A stretch of 64,000 nt of DNA from Gammaproteobacteria bacterium (GTDB lineage Bacteria; Pseudomonadota; Gammaproteobacteria; Eutrophobiales; Eutrophobiaceae), in the NCBI GenBank assembly GCA_965238225.1, contig OZ250183.1:1504001-1568000 (forward strand), written 5' to 3'. Below the pieces are notes generated by a model. It was not told the DNA's origin. It searched no databases and saw only the letters and a program-made list of their open reading frames with translations. Position 1 is the first letter of the stretch. Every line of letters begins with the position of its first letter. Position numbers and translations under genes: made by a program. Below, in pieces: positions 24,499-35,400 of the stretch.

Positions 24499-26655
24499 TT
24501 AATCTAAATCTCTGGCAATCCTGATACCGACATGATCATAGCTTCTATTAGATTTTAACTTGTCTCTTTTCGCGCTTCTAATGGACTGCTGCGGAGAGCT
24601 ATATGACCCACCTCGCACAACTCTGTACGTGCAGTCACCTCCCTCCCAAATCTCATTATCCGATGGTGCGCCTATATAGTTCTCATGCCAACAGTCTTCC
24701 ACCCATTCTGAGGCATTGCCTGCCGTATCATAAAGCCCGAATTGATTCGCTTCAAACATTCCTGTTTTGGCTGGGCTACGTGGATCAAGCCCTGTTTCGC
24801 AATTAAAGCAGTGCGCTCTATTTGGCTCTTCCTCATAACCCCACCAAAACGGACTATTGTTGCCTGCTGAAGCTGCATACTCCCATTCACTTTCGCTCAA
24901 TAAACGATATTTGTTTCCAGTTTGTTCAGAAAGCCATTTTGTATAGTAGTAAGCATCATCCCATGTAACGTAGACAACAGGACGTACCTGTAGAGACGCG
25001 TTTATTTTATTGCCACTGCGCAATTTACGGTTTGTTGCATTAATAAATGCCTTATAATCATTAATGGTCACTTCATTTTTGCTTACAGCAAAAGATTTAA
25101 TACTAACATCGTGCCTAGGTCTTTCATTAAAATCCGCAAAACCGCCCATACTAAATGAGCCGGCTGGAACCACAACCATAAGCGGTGCTTTGCCACCGTT
25201 TTTTAATGTATCCTGAAATTCTTTTTTGTTGATTGATTTTGGATCAGGTTCAGATTTTATTTCTTCTACAGGGTCTATTTTAGTTTTAATAATAATTTTT
25301 TTATCTGCAACAGTTTCTTGTTTTTGTATCTTTTCATTGCTTGCATCATCATTGAACTTATCAATTACTTCAGAAACAATCTCTTTTTCGGCAATATTTT
25401 TTTTAAGCACTGGCTTCTCTTCAGATACTGGTTTTTCTTCCAAGACTGGTTCTTCTTCCAAAACCAGTGCTTCTTCAAACATTGGTTCCTCTTTATCTAT
25501 TTTTTCGGATTTCGAGGTGCCGAACATGAAATTAGCGCCAATAGCAACACCAATAAGTATGACTACACCTACTCCAATCATTAAGCCGACTTTATTTTTT
25601 TCTAGAATTCTATTGTCAACAATCTTATTGATAGTTTCTGCTGGGATAGAAGGTACTGCTTTTACGCTCTTTTTTTCTTGTGCGAACTCTCCTTCTTGGC
25701 TATTAGCATATCCTCCTATAGGCGCTAAAACAATTTCATCTACAATATCACCTTCTAATTCTGATTCAGTATTGACTGGCACTTCCGTTTTCTCCATCTC
25801 CTCATCTTCAGTATTTGGCGCTGTAATATCTTCATCATTTTCTGCTCTTGCTCCTGCTCCTGCTCCCGCTTCTGCTTCTGCTTTCGCTACAACAGTTTCA
25901 TCAATAATTTTTACGATAACGACAGTCGCATTATCCTGCCTTGGCGTTGCCATATCTTCAATGGCATTTAACAAAGCTTCGGCACATTCTTTAGGCATGT
26001 CTGACCAATCTGTGTATTGAATGATTTTCCCTGAGCTTAAGGTGTCCAAACCGTCAGAACAAATGATCAATTTATCATTATGCTCCAATGTGAATGGTGA
26101 CAGAGGGCAGTCGATTTCAGCGATATCTTCGCCAGTCACCGCGCTCATAAGCATATTTCTGGATAATCCAGGCTCAGACTCTATAGGAGTTCCAGCCGCT
26201 TCCATTCTGTCCAGAAAACCACCATAACTATGATCGTCATTTAATTTGGTTAATTTTCTGCCGCGGAGTAAATACAGATGACTGTCACCAACACTTACCC
26301 ACCAAAATTTTTTTCCTTCAATAATAGCGCCGACAACCGTACAACCCATACCATTGAGCGCAGGTGTTTCTCTTATCGTTTCTGCGATGGTGCTGTTGGC
26401 TTTTAATACACTTTGATTAAGTATTTCAGGAACTTCTTCTTTGGGATAGCCAAGGGAGATAGATTTACTGAATGCCTGCACAGCCATATTACTCGCAACA
26501 TTCCCAGCAGCATGACCGCCCATTCCGTCAGCAACAATTACTAAAGCACTGGGCGCACCATTGGCATCTGTAAGATGCGTGATTAAAAAAGCATCTTCTT
26601 GGTAATCACGCGCACCGTCGATTTGTGAGCCCGCTATTTCTGAGTGCACAGCCAT
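24499..26655 (-). CDS. PP2C-family Ser/Thr phosphatase fused via a TM helix to an FGE-sulfatase (SUMF1/CLec-fold) domain
   Basis: N-terminal R.YQED, ADGMGGH, VGDS, CSDGL and DNAT; TM VGLMIGVGVVILIGVAIG; C-terminal F.MG..ERPRH.V, YRLLSESEWEYAA, N.FGLYD.AGN..EW and RVVRGGS. Confidence 0.88.
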   Translation of the reverse strand: MAVHSEIAGSQIDGARDYQEDAFLITHLTDANGAPSALVIVADGMGGHAAGNVASNMAVQAFSKSISLGYPKEEVPEILNQSVLKANSTIAETIRETPALNGMGCTVVGAIIEGKKFWWVSVGDSHLYLLRGRKLTKLNDDHSYGGFLDRMEAAGTPIESEPGLSRNMLMSAVTGEDIAEIDCPLSPFTLEHNDKLIICSDGLDTLSSGKIIQYTDWSDMPKECAEALLNAIEDMATPRQDNATVVIVKIIDETVVAKAEAEAGAGAGARAENDEDITAPNTEDEEMEKTEVPVNTESELEGDIVDEIVLAPIGGYANSQEGEFAQEKKSVKAVPSIPAETINKIVDNRILEKNKVGLMIGVGVVILIGVAIGANFMFGTSKSEKIDKEEPMFEEALVLEEEPVLEEKPVSEEKPVLKKNIAEKEIVSEVIDKFNDDASNEKIQKQETVADKKIIIKTKIDPVEEIKSEPDPKSINKKEFQDTLKNGGKAPLMVVVPAGSFSMGGFADFNERPRHDVSIKSFAVSKNEVTINDYKAFINATNRKLRSGNKINASLQVRPVVYVTWDDAYYYTKWLSEQTGNKYRLLSESEWEYAASAGNNSPFWWGYEEEPNRAHCFNCETGLDPRSPAKTGMFEANQFGLYDTAGNASEWVEDCWHENYIGAPSDNEIWEGGDCTYRVVRGGSYSSPQQSIRSAKRDKLKSNRSYDHVGIRIARDLD
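25405..25490 (-). repeat. Imperfect 18-bp in-frame tandem repeats (EEPMF/EEALVL/EEEPVL/EEKPVS/EEKPVL)
   Basis: Visible in the translation of the PP2C-FGE linker and in the DNA (actggttcttcttcc / actggtttttcttcc). Confidence 0.7.
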
Positions 26656-26748
26656 TAATATCTAATTTAATTTATCCAGTTTCAAAAATCAGTTTTCATG
26701 AAAATCAACAATTGGAAAATCAGCAATTGTATGATTCTGTCACCATAA

Positions 26749-26828
26749 GTCCCGGAACCCAGTCAAACGCGGGATGTCCCGGTACAGCGACGCCTAAGGT
26801 TCTCGGCATCCTACCAGCGATTGCGGCT
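26749..26828. other. GC-rich intergenic element, candidate structured RNA
   Basis: About 80 bp clearly richer in GC than its flanks, with two copies of GTCCCGG and possible stems. No RNA family recognised. Confidence 0.35.
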
Positions 26829-27291
26829 TTTACAAAATAAATTCATTGGTTCTCTAGATAAAAATCTATTAATAATTTTGACACTTATAGTAATCGAACT
26901 TAATGAAAAATATGAAGGTGAAAATTACAAATCAGCCTGTATCAAGAGATATATATCAAGACAAACAGGCAAGAATTATGGATAAACTGGCATAAGATGT
27001 ATGATGCGTTACAAAAAGAACTGGCGTAAAATTTTCTGTGAGACACAGGAATTAACACCTAAACATACCGAGTAGATGCAATATGTCTTGCTAATACAAA
27101 ATTTAATCGCCTCTGTTGCAGAGGCTAAAAAAATTATACCACCTGAATGATTCGCAAGTTCCATATCGTGCTTTATACATAAAAAATTACAATAAACCAG
27201 TAACAGCTTTAATTGTTGAGTATATTACTGACTCGCCAATCGTAAAACATATGTTAGTATGGATTAAGGAAATTTATTGAGACAAAATTTA

Positions 27292-27921
27292 ATGAGTGAT
27301 GCACTAAATTATTTGTTAAAGGTAAGGCAAGATGCTATGAGATCCTATTTTGATTTCATCAAAAAATCAAGGTCATCGCTCGATCCAAAAACGAGTGCAA
27401 TTATTTCAGTCATTACTAAAGTTGATAAGCAAACAAAAACAGGATTTTGTCAATATCTAAGGCATGCATTGCAAACAGGTGTCACGGCTGATGAAATTAT
27501 TGATGCCTTGTTTGCAGCCTTCCCTACCTTGGGGTTGACCAAGATCGTCTGGGCAATAGATATCATCCTTGCAATGGAGATACCAGAGTTTAACCCGGAA
27601 TCATTAGGGCAAAACAAAATATGGTATGACGTGACAGTCATAGATGCGCTGAAAGAAGGTGGAGTTACTTATATAGCAGGTAAGCGCAGAAGTTTTTTTA
27701 TTTATTATGAAAATGAAATAGCGAAGGTTTTTGATAGCCATTGCCCCCACCAGGCAACTAATATTCCTAAGCTGGCTCTGAAGGGTTGCATGCTTACTTG
27801 CCCAAAACATCAGTGGAAATTTAATATGAAAACTGGCGAATGTGTTGAAAAAGGCAATCATTCTCTCAATCGGCTTGAAAGTAGAATAGTAGAAAATCGG
27901 CTTGAGGTTTATTGCTTGTGA
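27292..27921 (+). CDS. CMD/AhpD-like domain fused to a Rieske [2Fe-2S] domain
   Basis: LDPKT..II...AL..GVTADEIIDAL (CMD-like helices); Rieske ligands CPHQ and CPKH.WKF...TGEC. ATG at 27292 preferred over TTG at 27277. Confidence 0.85.
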   Translation: MSDALNYLLKVRQDAMRSYFDFIKKSRSSLDPKTSAIISVITKVDKQTKTGFCQYLRHALQTGVTADEIIDALFAAFPTLGLTKIVWAIDIILAMEIPEFNPESLGQNKIWYDVTVIDALKEGGVTYIAGKRRSFFIYYENEIAKVFDSHCPHQATNIPKLALKGCMLTCPKHQWKFNMKTGECVEKGNHSLNRLESRIVENRLEVYCL

Positions 27922-27945
27922 TACTCTATGTCTATAAGAAATTTA

Positions 27946-28395
27946 TGAAAATAATTCGGAAGGCATTCAACAAAATTTTCTCAATTTTTGTTATGGTGTC
28001 TGCTTCTCGTGAATAGTGTAGCAGTTGCTTTTGGCACTATTCAAACAGTCTGGAACAAGCAGACAAGAACCAACAAATTCCAAATCTAGCGGGTAATTGG
28101 ATCGGTCAGTTAATGTTACATTGTCTGATCTGAAAGACTATAAAATCCGGGGTAACAAGGTTAGTGCATATCACAGAATAAAAAAGATCGATGATTCCGA
28201 GGGATTTTTACGTACCCAGATGGCACAAAAAATTTCTCTGGCATAATCTATCCGGACAATATTTCTTTTACATGGGTGTCTACTAATAGTCGCGGCTTTA
28301 ATCATAGCCGCATCTTAGGTAAGAATAAAATCAGTGCCTGTTATGTTGAGGCTTGGGAACAGGTAACAGTGGAATGTGCGACACTAATGCGTTAA
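27946..28395 (+). pseudogene. Decayed hypothetical gene, possibly an exported protein
   Basis: Open 3' frame FRGIFTYPDGTKNFSGIIYPDNISFTWVSTNSRGFNHSRILGKNKISACYVEAW...MR*, preceded by stops and frameshifts and a fragment QIPNLAGNWIG. Confidence 0.55.
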
Positions 28396-28716
28396 AGAAT
28401 TTTACCAAATAAAAAATTAAATCACCGACAGATTTTCTTAAAAGAATACTTGTAAAAAGTATTCAATAGTTTTCACTTTTAGTAATTTTTTTATGTTTCA
28501 TTGATATAACTAAATTTTGACATGGATATTAATCTCACTAAATAAAAACTTGGCATTAAATAAGAAATCAATGGCTTAGTAGGTGGATAACATACTTACA
28601 TGGCAATTTACCAAGCTTATTGCTAATTGCGGTAATAACCTGTGATGACTCGGCGATCAATTTTTTATCTGACATTGAATGGTCAGCCATAGAATATATA
28701 GACGATGATATCTTGG

Positions 28717-30012
28717 TTACATATTTGAAATCAGTTTGTCAGAAAATTCACTGCATTTAACTTCTGTTGCATTATCCGTCAGTCTGGCAAAGTCATAGGT
28801 AACAGTTTTTTGTTTGATTGTTATGTCCATGGCATTAATGATGAGATCAGCAGCATCTGCCCAACCCAAATAACGCAACATCATTTCACCTGATAAAATT
28901 AATGAACTAGGATTTGCCTTATCAAGATTTGCATATTTTGGTGCTGTACCATGGGTAGCCTCGAATATCGCATGCCCCGTGTCATAGTTAATATTGCCAC
29001 CCGGCGCAATACCAATTCCACCAACCTGTGCAGCTAGAGCGTCTGAAAGATAGTCACCATTCAAATTCATTGTTGCAATGACATCAAAACTCTCTGGTCG
29101 TGTAAGTACCTGCTGTAATGTAATGTCGGCAATGGCATCTTTGATAAGAATTTTTCCAGCGCCCAATGCTTGTTCTTGTTCTTCGTTTGCAGCAGCTTGC
29201 CCTTTTTCTGCCTGAGTACGTTCCCATTGATCCCATGTATACGTGTGATCACTAAATTCTGATTCAGCAAATTGGTAACCCCAGTTTCTGAAAGCACCTT
29301 CAGTAAATTTCATAATGTTGCCTTTATGCACCAAAGTAACACTTTTTCTTTTATTAGTGATTGCATACTGAATCGCTGCCTTGATCAATCTTTCGGTGCC
29401 ATCTTTTGAAATTGGCTTGATACCTATTCCGGATGATTCTGGAAAACGAATCTTCTGATATTGATTTGGAAATGATTCTTTAAATAATTCCAGAAAACGG
29501 TTATTTTCATCAGAACCACATTCAAACTCAATGCCAGCATATATATCCTCAGTATTTTCCCTGAATATCACCATATCAACCAATTCAGGTTGTTTAATAG
29601 GGGAAGGCACGCCAGAGTACCAGCGTACGGGCCTAAGACAAACATAAAGATCCAAGATTTGTCTGAGCGCAACATTAAGGGAACGGATACCGCCGCCAAT
29701 CGGCGTCGTCAATGGACCTTTGATAGCAACCAAATATTCCCTGCAAGCAGCAAGTGTTTCATCAGGCAGCCAACTGCCACACAACTGGTTGCCTTTCTCT
29801 CCGGCATAAACTTCTACCCAATGAATCTTACGAGCCCCTTGTGAGGATTTTTCTACAGCCGCATCCAGAACCCTAACCGTCGCTGCCCAGACATCTGAAC
29901 CGATGCCATCACCCTCAATAAAAGGGATAATTGGATTATCAGGCACTTCTAACTTGTTATTTTTATTAGTTATTTTTGTTCCATCATCTGGAATTTTTAT
30001 ATTGGTCTCCAA
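28717..30012 (-). CDS. icd: NADP-dependent isocitrate dehydrogenase (dimeric type)
   Basis: [35 protein letters not shown] and EATHGTAPK motifs; TTG start after GAGG. Confidence 0.96.
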   Translation of the reverse strand: METNIKIPDDGTKITNKNNKLEVPDNPIIPFIEGDGIGSDVWAATVRVLDAAVEKSSQGARKIHWVEVYAGEKGNQLCGSWLPDETLAACREYLVAIKGPLTTPIGGGIRSLNVALRQILDLYVCLRPVRWYSGVPSPIKQPELVDMVIFRENTEDIYAGIEFECGSDENNRFLELFKESFPNQYQKIRFPESSGIGIKPISKDGTERLIKAAIQYAITNKRKSVTLVHKGNIMKFTEGAFRNWGYQFAESEFSDHTYTWDQWERTQAEKGQAAANEEQEQALGAGKILIKDAIADITLQQVLTRPESFDVIATMNLNGDYLSDALAAQVGGIGIAPGGNINYDTGHAIFEATHGTAPKYANLDKANPSSLILSGEMMLRYLGWADAADLIINAMDITIKQKTVTYDFARLTDNATEVKCSEFSDKLISNM

Positions 30013-30315
30013 AACTAATTCCTCATCTTGTTAATTTACTCTAAAGTGTTCCACAATCATCAATTGAATGCCACTTGGACTTGGTCGGTTATTTGCACAA
30101 AACTTTAAAGCGCCCTTATATAGAGTCTATCTCAGATAGAGGCAAATCTCTAAACAGTGGCACATCGAGCAAGACTTAGCCTAGTATTGATATTGAAACA
30201 TTGAACATTAGAACATCCATATAAAGTATGAGCACAATAAAGATCAATTGATAGTGAACGCTCCCAATTGATTTTTAGATTTTAAGAAAATAAAAAATAA
30301 TGATTTTTTACAAAA

Positions 30316-30768
30316 ATGTCCTCTAGTAAATTTTTTATCATCTGCTTCTTTATATTCTGTGCAAATGCTGCACATGCAGAGATTTATGAGTGGACTAATG
30401 AAAATGGGCAAACAATCTATGGCGATAAACCAATATCAAGCAATGCCAATAAAATTGAAATAAGAAAAATTTCTAAAAATAATTCAGCAGTACAGGAAGC
30501 ACAAAAACGCAATGCAAAACAAATAAAACTACTAAATGTAATGCAACAAGAACGTGATGAAAGAGAGGCTCTGAGAAAGAAAGAAAAGGAAAAGAGAGAT
30601 GAACAAAAAAAATTATGTGCAGATGCAAGAAAAAAGCTAAAAAAAATTGAAGAAGGCAGATTTCTGTACCGAGACAAGGATGATCAGGATAACCCCATAA
30701 TCTTAACTGATGAAGAACGCACAACCGAAGAAGTTACAGTTAAAAATTACATAAAAGAAAATTGTTAG
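30316..30768 (+). CDS. DUF4124-domain exported protein
   Basis: Signal peptide ending AHA followed by IYEWTNENGQTIYGDKP; coiled coil with a Cys pair. Confidence 0.8.
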   Translation: MSSSKFFIICFFIFCANAAHAEIYEWTNENGQTIYGDKPISSNANKIEIRKISKNNSAVQEAQKRNAKQIKLLNVMQQERDEREALRKKEKEKRDEQKKLCADARKKLKKIEEGRFLYRDKDDQDNPIILTDEERTTEEVTVKNYIKENC

Positions 30769-30866
30769 AGATTTGTCTAGCACATTTTTATCATGCAATT
30801 GATTTATCAGTTATAATTTCCTTAATCAGTCGCTTGTGAATTACCCAAAAGACTGCTTAATTATTT

Positions 30867-30894
30867 AATTTTCCTGAGACAATTTTCCTGAGAC
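30867..30894. repeat. Perfect 14-bp tandem duplication
   Basis: AATTTTCCTGAGAC twice, just upstream of rng. Confidence 0.9.
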
Positions 30895-30914
30895 TGGTTA
30901 GTATCTATAGCAAG

Positions 30915-32459
30915 ATGAGCGAAGAAATTCTGATAAATGTTACACCTCAGGAAGCACGGGTTGCCGTAGTAGAAAATGGCATCTTACAGGAAATCTACAT
31001 TGAAAGATCTCAGAAACTTGGTTTGGTTGGAAATATTTTCAAAGGCAATGTCTTACGCGTCCTCCCTAGTATACAGGCAGCATTTATAGATATAGGGCTT
31101 GAGCGAACCGGCTTTTTACATATTTCAGATATCGTTACTAAGACCGATATTTCAGAAGCATCTGAACATGAACCAAATAAACAAAAAACGATCGAAACAT
31201 TACTTCGTGAAGGTCAGGAAATTATGGTTCAGATTATCAAAGAGCCTTTAGGCAGCAAAGGCACTCGCCTGACTACCCGACTGTCCATTCCGTCAAGATA
31301 TCTTATTTTTACCCCAGATCACAAGCACATAGGAATATCTCAACGTATTGAGAATGAAACAGAGCGTAATCGCTTATACAGCTTGATACTAAGTTATCAC
31401 GCTGAAAATACTGCGATCGCAATAAATAACAATTCGAATATCACACCAATAAACACCATCAGTAAGCAGGCTCAATTAAATAAAGGTGGCTTCATTGTCA
31501 GAACATCTGCCGAAGGAGTCGCAAACGATGAAATTTTTCGAGATATTAAATTCCTGTATAAATTATGGGGCTCAGTCGTTGTACGCTCGAAAAACACCCA
31601 CCCACCCAGTCTTGTCTATAAAGACCTGCCTTTGGTTATGCGCACAATGAGGGATTTAGTTCATAAAAATATTGAAAGAATCCGCATTGATTCGAAAGAA
31701 ACCCACAAAAGAGTCATGGAATTTTCGAAAAAATTTATTCCTGAATTTTTAAGCAAAATTGAGTATTACAAAACAGAACATCCAATCTTGGATCTCTATT
31801 CTATTGAAGATGAAATCCAGAAGGCACTAGAAAAAAAAGTACAATTAAAATCTGGCGGCTACATTGTTATTGACCAAACAGAAGCAATGACCACAGTTGA
31901 TGTAAACACTGGTGCCTTTGTTGGCAAAAATAATTCGGAAGAAACTATCTACAAAACAAATCTTGAAGCAGTGCAAACAATTTCCAGACAACTCAGATTA
32001 CGTAATCTTGGTGGCATTATTATTATTGACTTCATTGACATGAAAAATGCAGAGCATAATCGACAAGTATTACGCACATTTGAAAAACATCTCAATAAAG
32101 ATAATTCAAAAATATCTATGAGCGAGTTAACCTCGCTTGGACTAGTACAGCTCACACGAAAACGTACAAGAGAAAGTCTTGAACATACCTTGTGCGAAGA
32201 TTGTCCAACCTGCAAAGGTAGAAGTTCAGTTAAAACAGCTGAAACTGTTTGCTACGAAATTTTCCGCGAAATCCTCCGTGAGGTGCGTCAGTTTGATGCT
32301 AACAAATTACTTATTATTGCATCACAAAAAATAGTAGATATGTTGCTTGATGAAGAATCAAGCAATGTATCTGAGTTAAAAAAATTTATTGGCAGGCCAA
32401 TTTCATTTCAGGTAGAATCTTTGTATATTCAGGAACAATACGATATCATATTACTTTAA
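30915..32459 (+). CDS. rng: Ribonuclease G
   Basis: EILINVTPQEARVA, S1 domain, EAMTTVDVNTG and LRNLGGIIIIDFIDM motifs. Confidence 0.96.
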   Translation: MSEEILINVTPQEARVAVVENGILQEIYIERSQKLGLVGNIFKGNVLRVLPSIQAAFIDIGLERTGFLHISDIVTKTDISEASEHEPNKQKTIETLLREGQEIMVQIIKEPLGSKGTRLTTRLSIPSRYLIFTPDHKHIGISQRIENETERNRLYSLILSYHAENTAIAINNNSNITPINTISKQAQLNKGGFIVRTSAEGVANDEIFRDIKFLYKLWGSVVVRSKNTHPPSLVYKDLPLVMRTMRDLVHKNIERIRIDSKETHKRVMEFSKKFIPEFLSKIEYYKTEHPILDLYSIEDEIQKALEKKVQLKSGGYIVIDQTEAMTTVDVNTGAFVGKNNSEETIYKTNLEAVQTISRQLRLRNLGGIIIIDFIDMKNAEHNRQVLRTFEKHLNKDNSKISMSELTSLGLVQLTRKRTRESLEHTLCEDCPTCKGRSSVKTAETVCYEIFREILREVRQFDANKLLIIASQKIVDMLLDEESSNVSELKKFIGRPISFQVESLYIQEQYDIILL

Positions 32460-32470
32460 ATTAGCCTGCG

Positions 32471-35400
32471 ATGCTTAAAAATATTTTTAAACATTTCTAT
32501 CGTTTTTTTCTTTATTCACTTGCCTTTGTTATTCTGATATCTGCGATTCTCATTACAGTGATACGTCTAACTCTTCCTAGAGCTGACAACTATCGCCAGC
32601 AAGCTCAGGACTGGATCAGTCAATACATGAATTATCCTGTGGAAATTTCGAAGATTGGCGCCGACTGGGATAGCTGGATTCTGAATTTACACTTGCACAA
32701 CGTCAACATCCTATATCCTGTCACAAATGAACAAATCCTGAATATTAAATCAATTCTGATCGGCATAGATATTTTTGAAAGTCTGTATAAAAATGAAATT
32801 GTACCCAAATCGATTGTCATCTCTGGTGTTAGTCTTACATTGATACGTCAGCAAGATGGTTCTATTATAACATCAAGATACCTGCATAATGAGCTTACAA
32901 ACAAACAGGGGGGGGATAATATACTTGCCAAGTGGTTTCTTGCGCAAAAAAATATCCTAATCAAGGAAACTCAGCTCACATTGCTCGACTTAAACAAAAG
33001 TGATGAACCATTATTATTGCCTGATGTAACTCTGCGCATAGCAAATAATAGCCAGCGTACTCAAATTGAAGGCTTGGCAATTTTGTCAACGCCAAACAAA
33101 AATATCTTAAATTTTTCTCTAGACGTAAGTGGTGATGTTTTAGCATCAAACTGGTCAGGGAAAATGTATCTACAAGGTAAAAATATCAATATTTCTCCGC
33201 TTATGTCAATAATTAAAGATATTGATATTAAAGAGCACGAAGGAACTGCAGATATTAAATTATGGGGCGCATGGAATCAGGCAAAACTTCATAGACTAGA
33301 AGGCTATATTAATCTCAAAAACTTGAAACTAGCAAATGATCAATCTGATATTTATATCAATCAACTATCCGGTAATTTTTTAGCGGTCAGAGGAGCTCGC
33401 GAAGAGCTTGAATTAGTGTTTAATATTGAAGACATGGTAACACCTAATGGGGTATGGTCAGAATCTGTCATTTCTTTAAAGAAAATCTATGATGATGAAC
33501 ATGGTAAATACCGCTATATCGCAAGTGCTAATTATCTGAACCTAGATGATATAGATTATTTCCGGAAGACTGTTTTGAATTTGTCAGATGGGTTTCTGCC
33601 AATAAATATTTCTGGGCTTACAGGTCATATGCGTAACGTCGTAGCCAAGTACAATCCAACTATTGAATCTTCTAAGCAAATATATATGGAATATGAGTTT
33701 TCACAACTGGGCGGGAAAATAAATGATTCGCCTTTTAATATCATGGGGTTAAGTGGGCATATGAAAGGAACGCGGAATCAGGGAAATATACGTTTAGCAT
33801 CAGATGTCTCTAAATTTGAAACAGGAAAATTATTCACTCATCCTTTGATATTCTATGAATTAAATACCGAATTAGATTGGCATTCTCAGAATAAATTTTT
33901 AATTATTAACACATCCTTGTTGGACACTCATACTAAAGATTTTAATATACAACTAAAAGGCGAGCTGAAATTCGAACAAAATAGAAAACTTCCATTTGTT
34001 AATACGTTGATTGAATTGTCTGATATTGAAATCAATAAAATTGCTAAGCACCTGCCGTCAACTATACCAGAAGACATTGCCAGTTGGTTGAATAATTCAC
34101 TTGTTACTGGAAATATTCCATCTGCAAAATTTGTATTCAGAGGCTGGCTGGAAGATTATCCCTTCAAGAAAAATGAAGGAATTTTCAAAGGGCTTGTAAC
34201 CGTCAATCAAGCTACATTGGATTACAATAAAGAATGGCCACCCATAAATAGAATGGATGCTGAGCTGACTGTCAATGGTGACATATTAACTATTGATGCA
34301 AGTTCTGGCGATTTATACGGAACTAAAATCACCAGAATATCTGCTGTCATAGAAGACCTTTCTGCAAAAGACATACAATCGTCAGTTTTTATAGACGGTC
34401 ATATTGGCGGTGATATGAAAGATGGCTTGCTGTTTATCAAAAATAGCCCACTTCATGAAAATAAATCACTAGAAAAACTTCAAACAAACAATATTTTTGG
34501 GGAACTGGATCTGAATCTAAGTTTGGATATCCCATTATCATCTGGCGAAATATTAGTTGATGGCACTATCTTCTTGCATGATGTTTTACTTAAATTAAAA
34601 AAAATGGATATAAAGCTTTCCAAGCTTAATGGATCCATAGATTTCACTCATAACTCAATTTCTGCTGAAGCAATAAAAGCACAATATTTTAAGCATCCTG
34701 TAGAACTTACAATTGAAAATAATTATGACTCATCTATCATTACCACGTTAAGTGGCAGCGCAGATAAACATTTCATTAGCTCTCAATTGATACATTATTT
34801 TCCTTCAATTGAGCATCTGCAATCAGAGATTGAAAAACGCATTTTTGGGTCATGTTTATGGGAGGCATCCATCACTCATGCTAACCCAAATAATGTCGAT
34901 GGTAATTTAAATTCCAGCAAAAAGCTCATCATCAGTTCAGCGCTTGATGGATTATCGATAGATCTTCCGTCACCACTATCTAAATCATTAGATAGCAAAC
35001 CCCTTAAATTATCCATCGATTTTCTAGATAAGAATAGACGGAAAATCAATATCGAATATTCAAATATTTTTGACGGAATCATTGATATCAAAAAAATTAA
35101 TAATGAAAATTATATTACAACTTCCTTGTCTTTCGGAAGTGAGGCTGTCCTTCGTGAGGAAGATAATCAATTTTCTGTGACGGGAAATATTGAACATTTA
35201 ATCATTGACGAATGGTTTGACTTGATTCCTGATAATATAAGCCCTGATGATCTAAGGAAAGAGAAACTAAAACCAAAAGGCAAACCTGTTTCTGTGAATA
35301 TACAAGTTGATTCACTGCAATTCATGAATCAAAATTTCACAGATTTGAATATAAAATTAAACAATAGGGAAACTGATTCTATCTACCACCTAAATATAAA

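Noticed and set aside
24499-24620. FGE/CLec C-terminus as the variable region of a diversity-generating retroelement
   Set aside because: No template-repeat copy and no reverse transcriptase seen in the window; a remote DGR cannot be excluded.
25226-26020. 264-aa plus-strand ORF
   Set aside because: Antisense shadow of the low-complexity linker of the PP2C-FGE gene.
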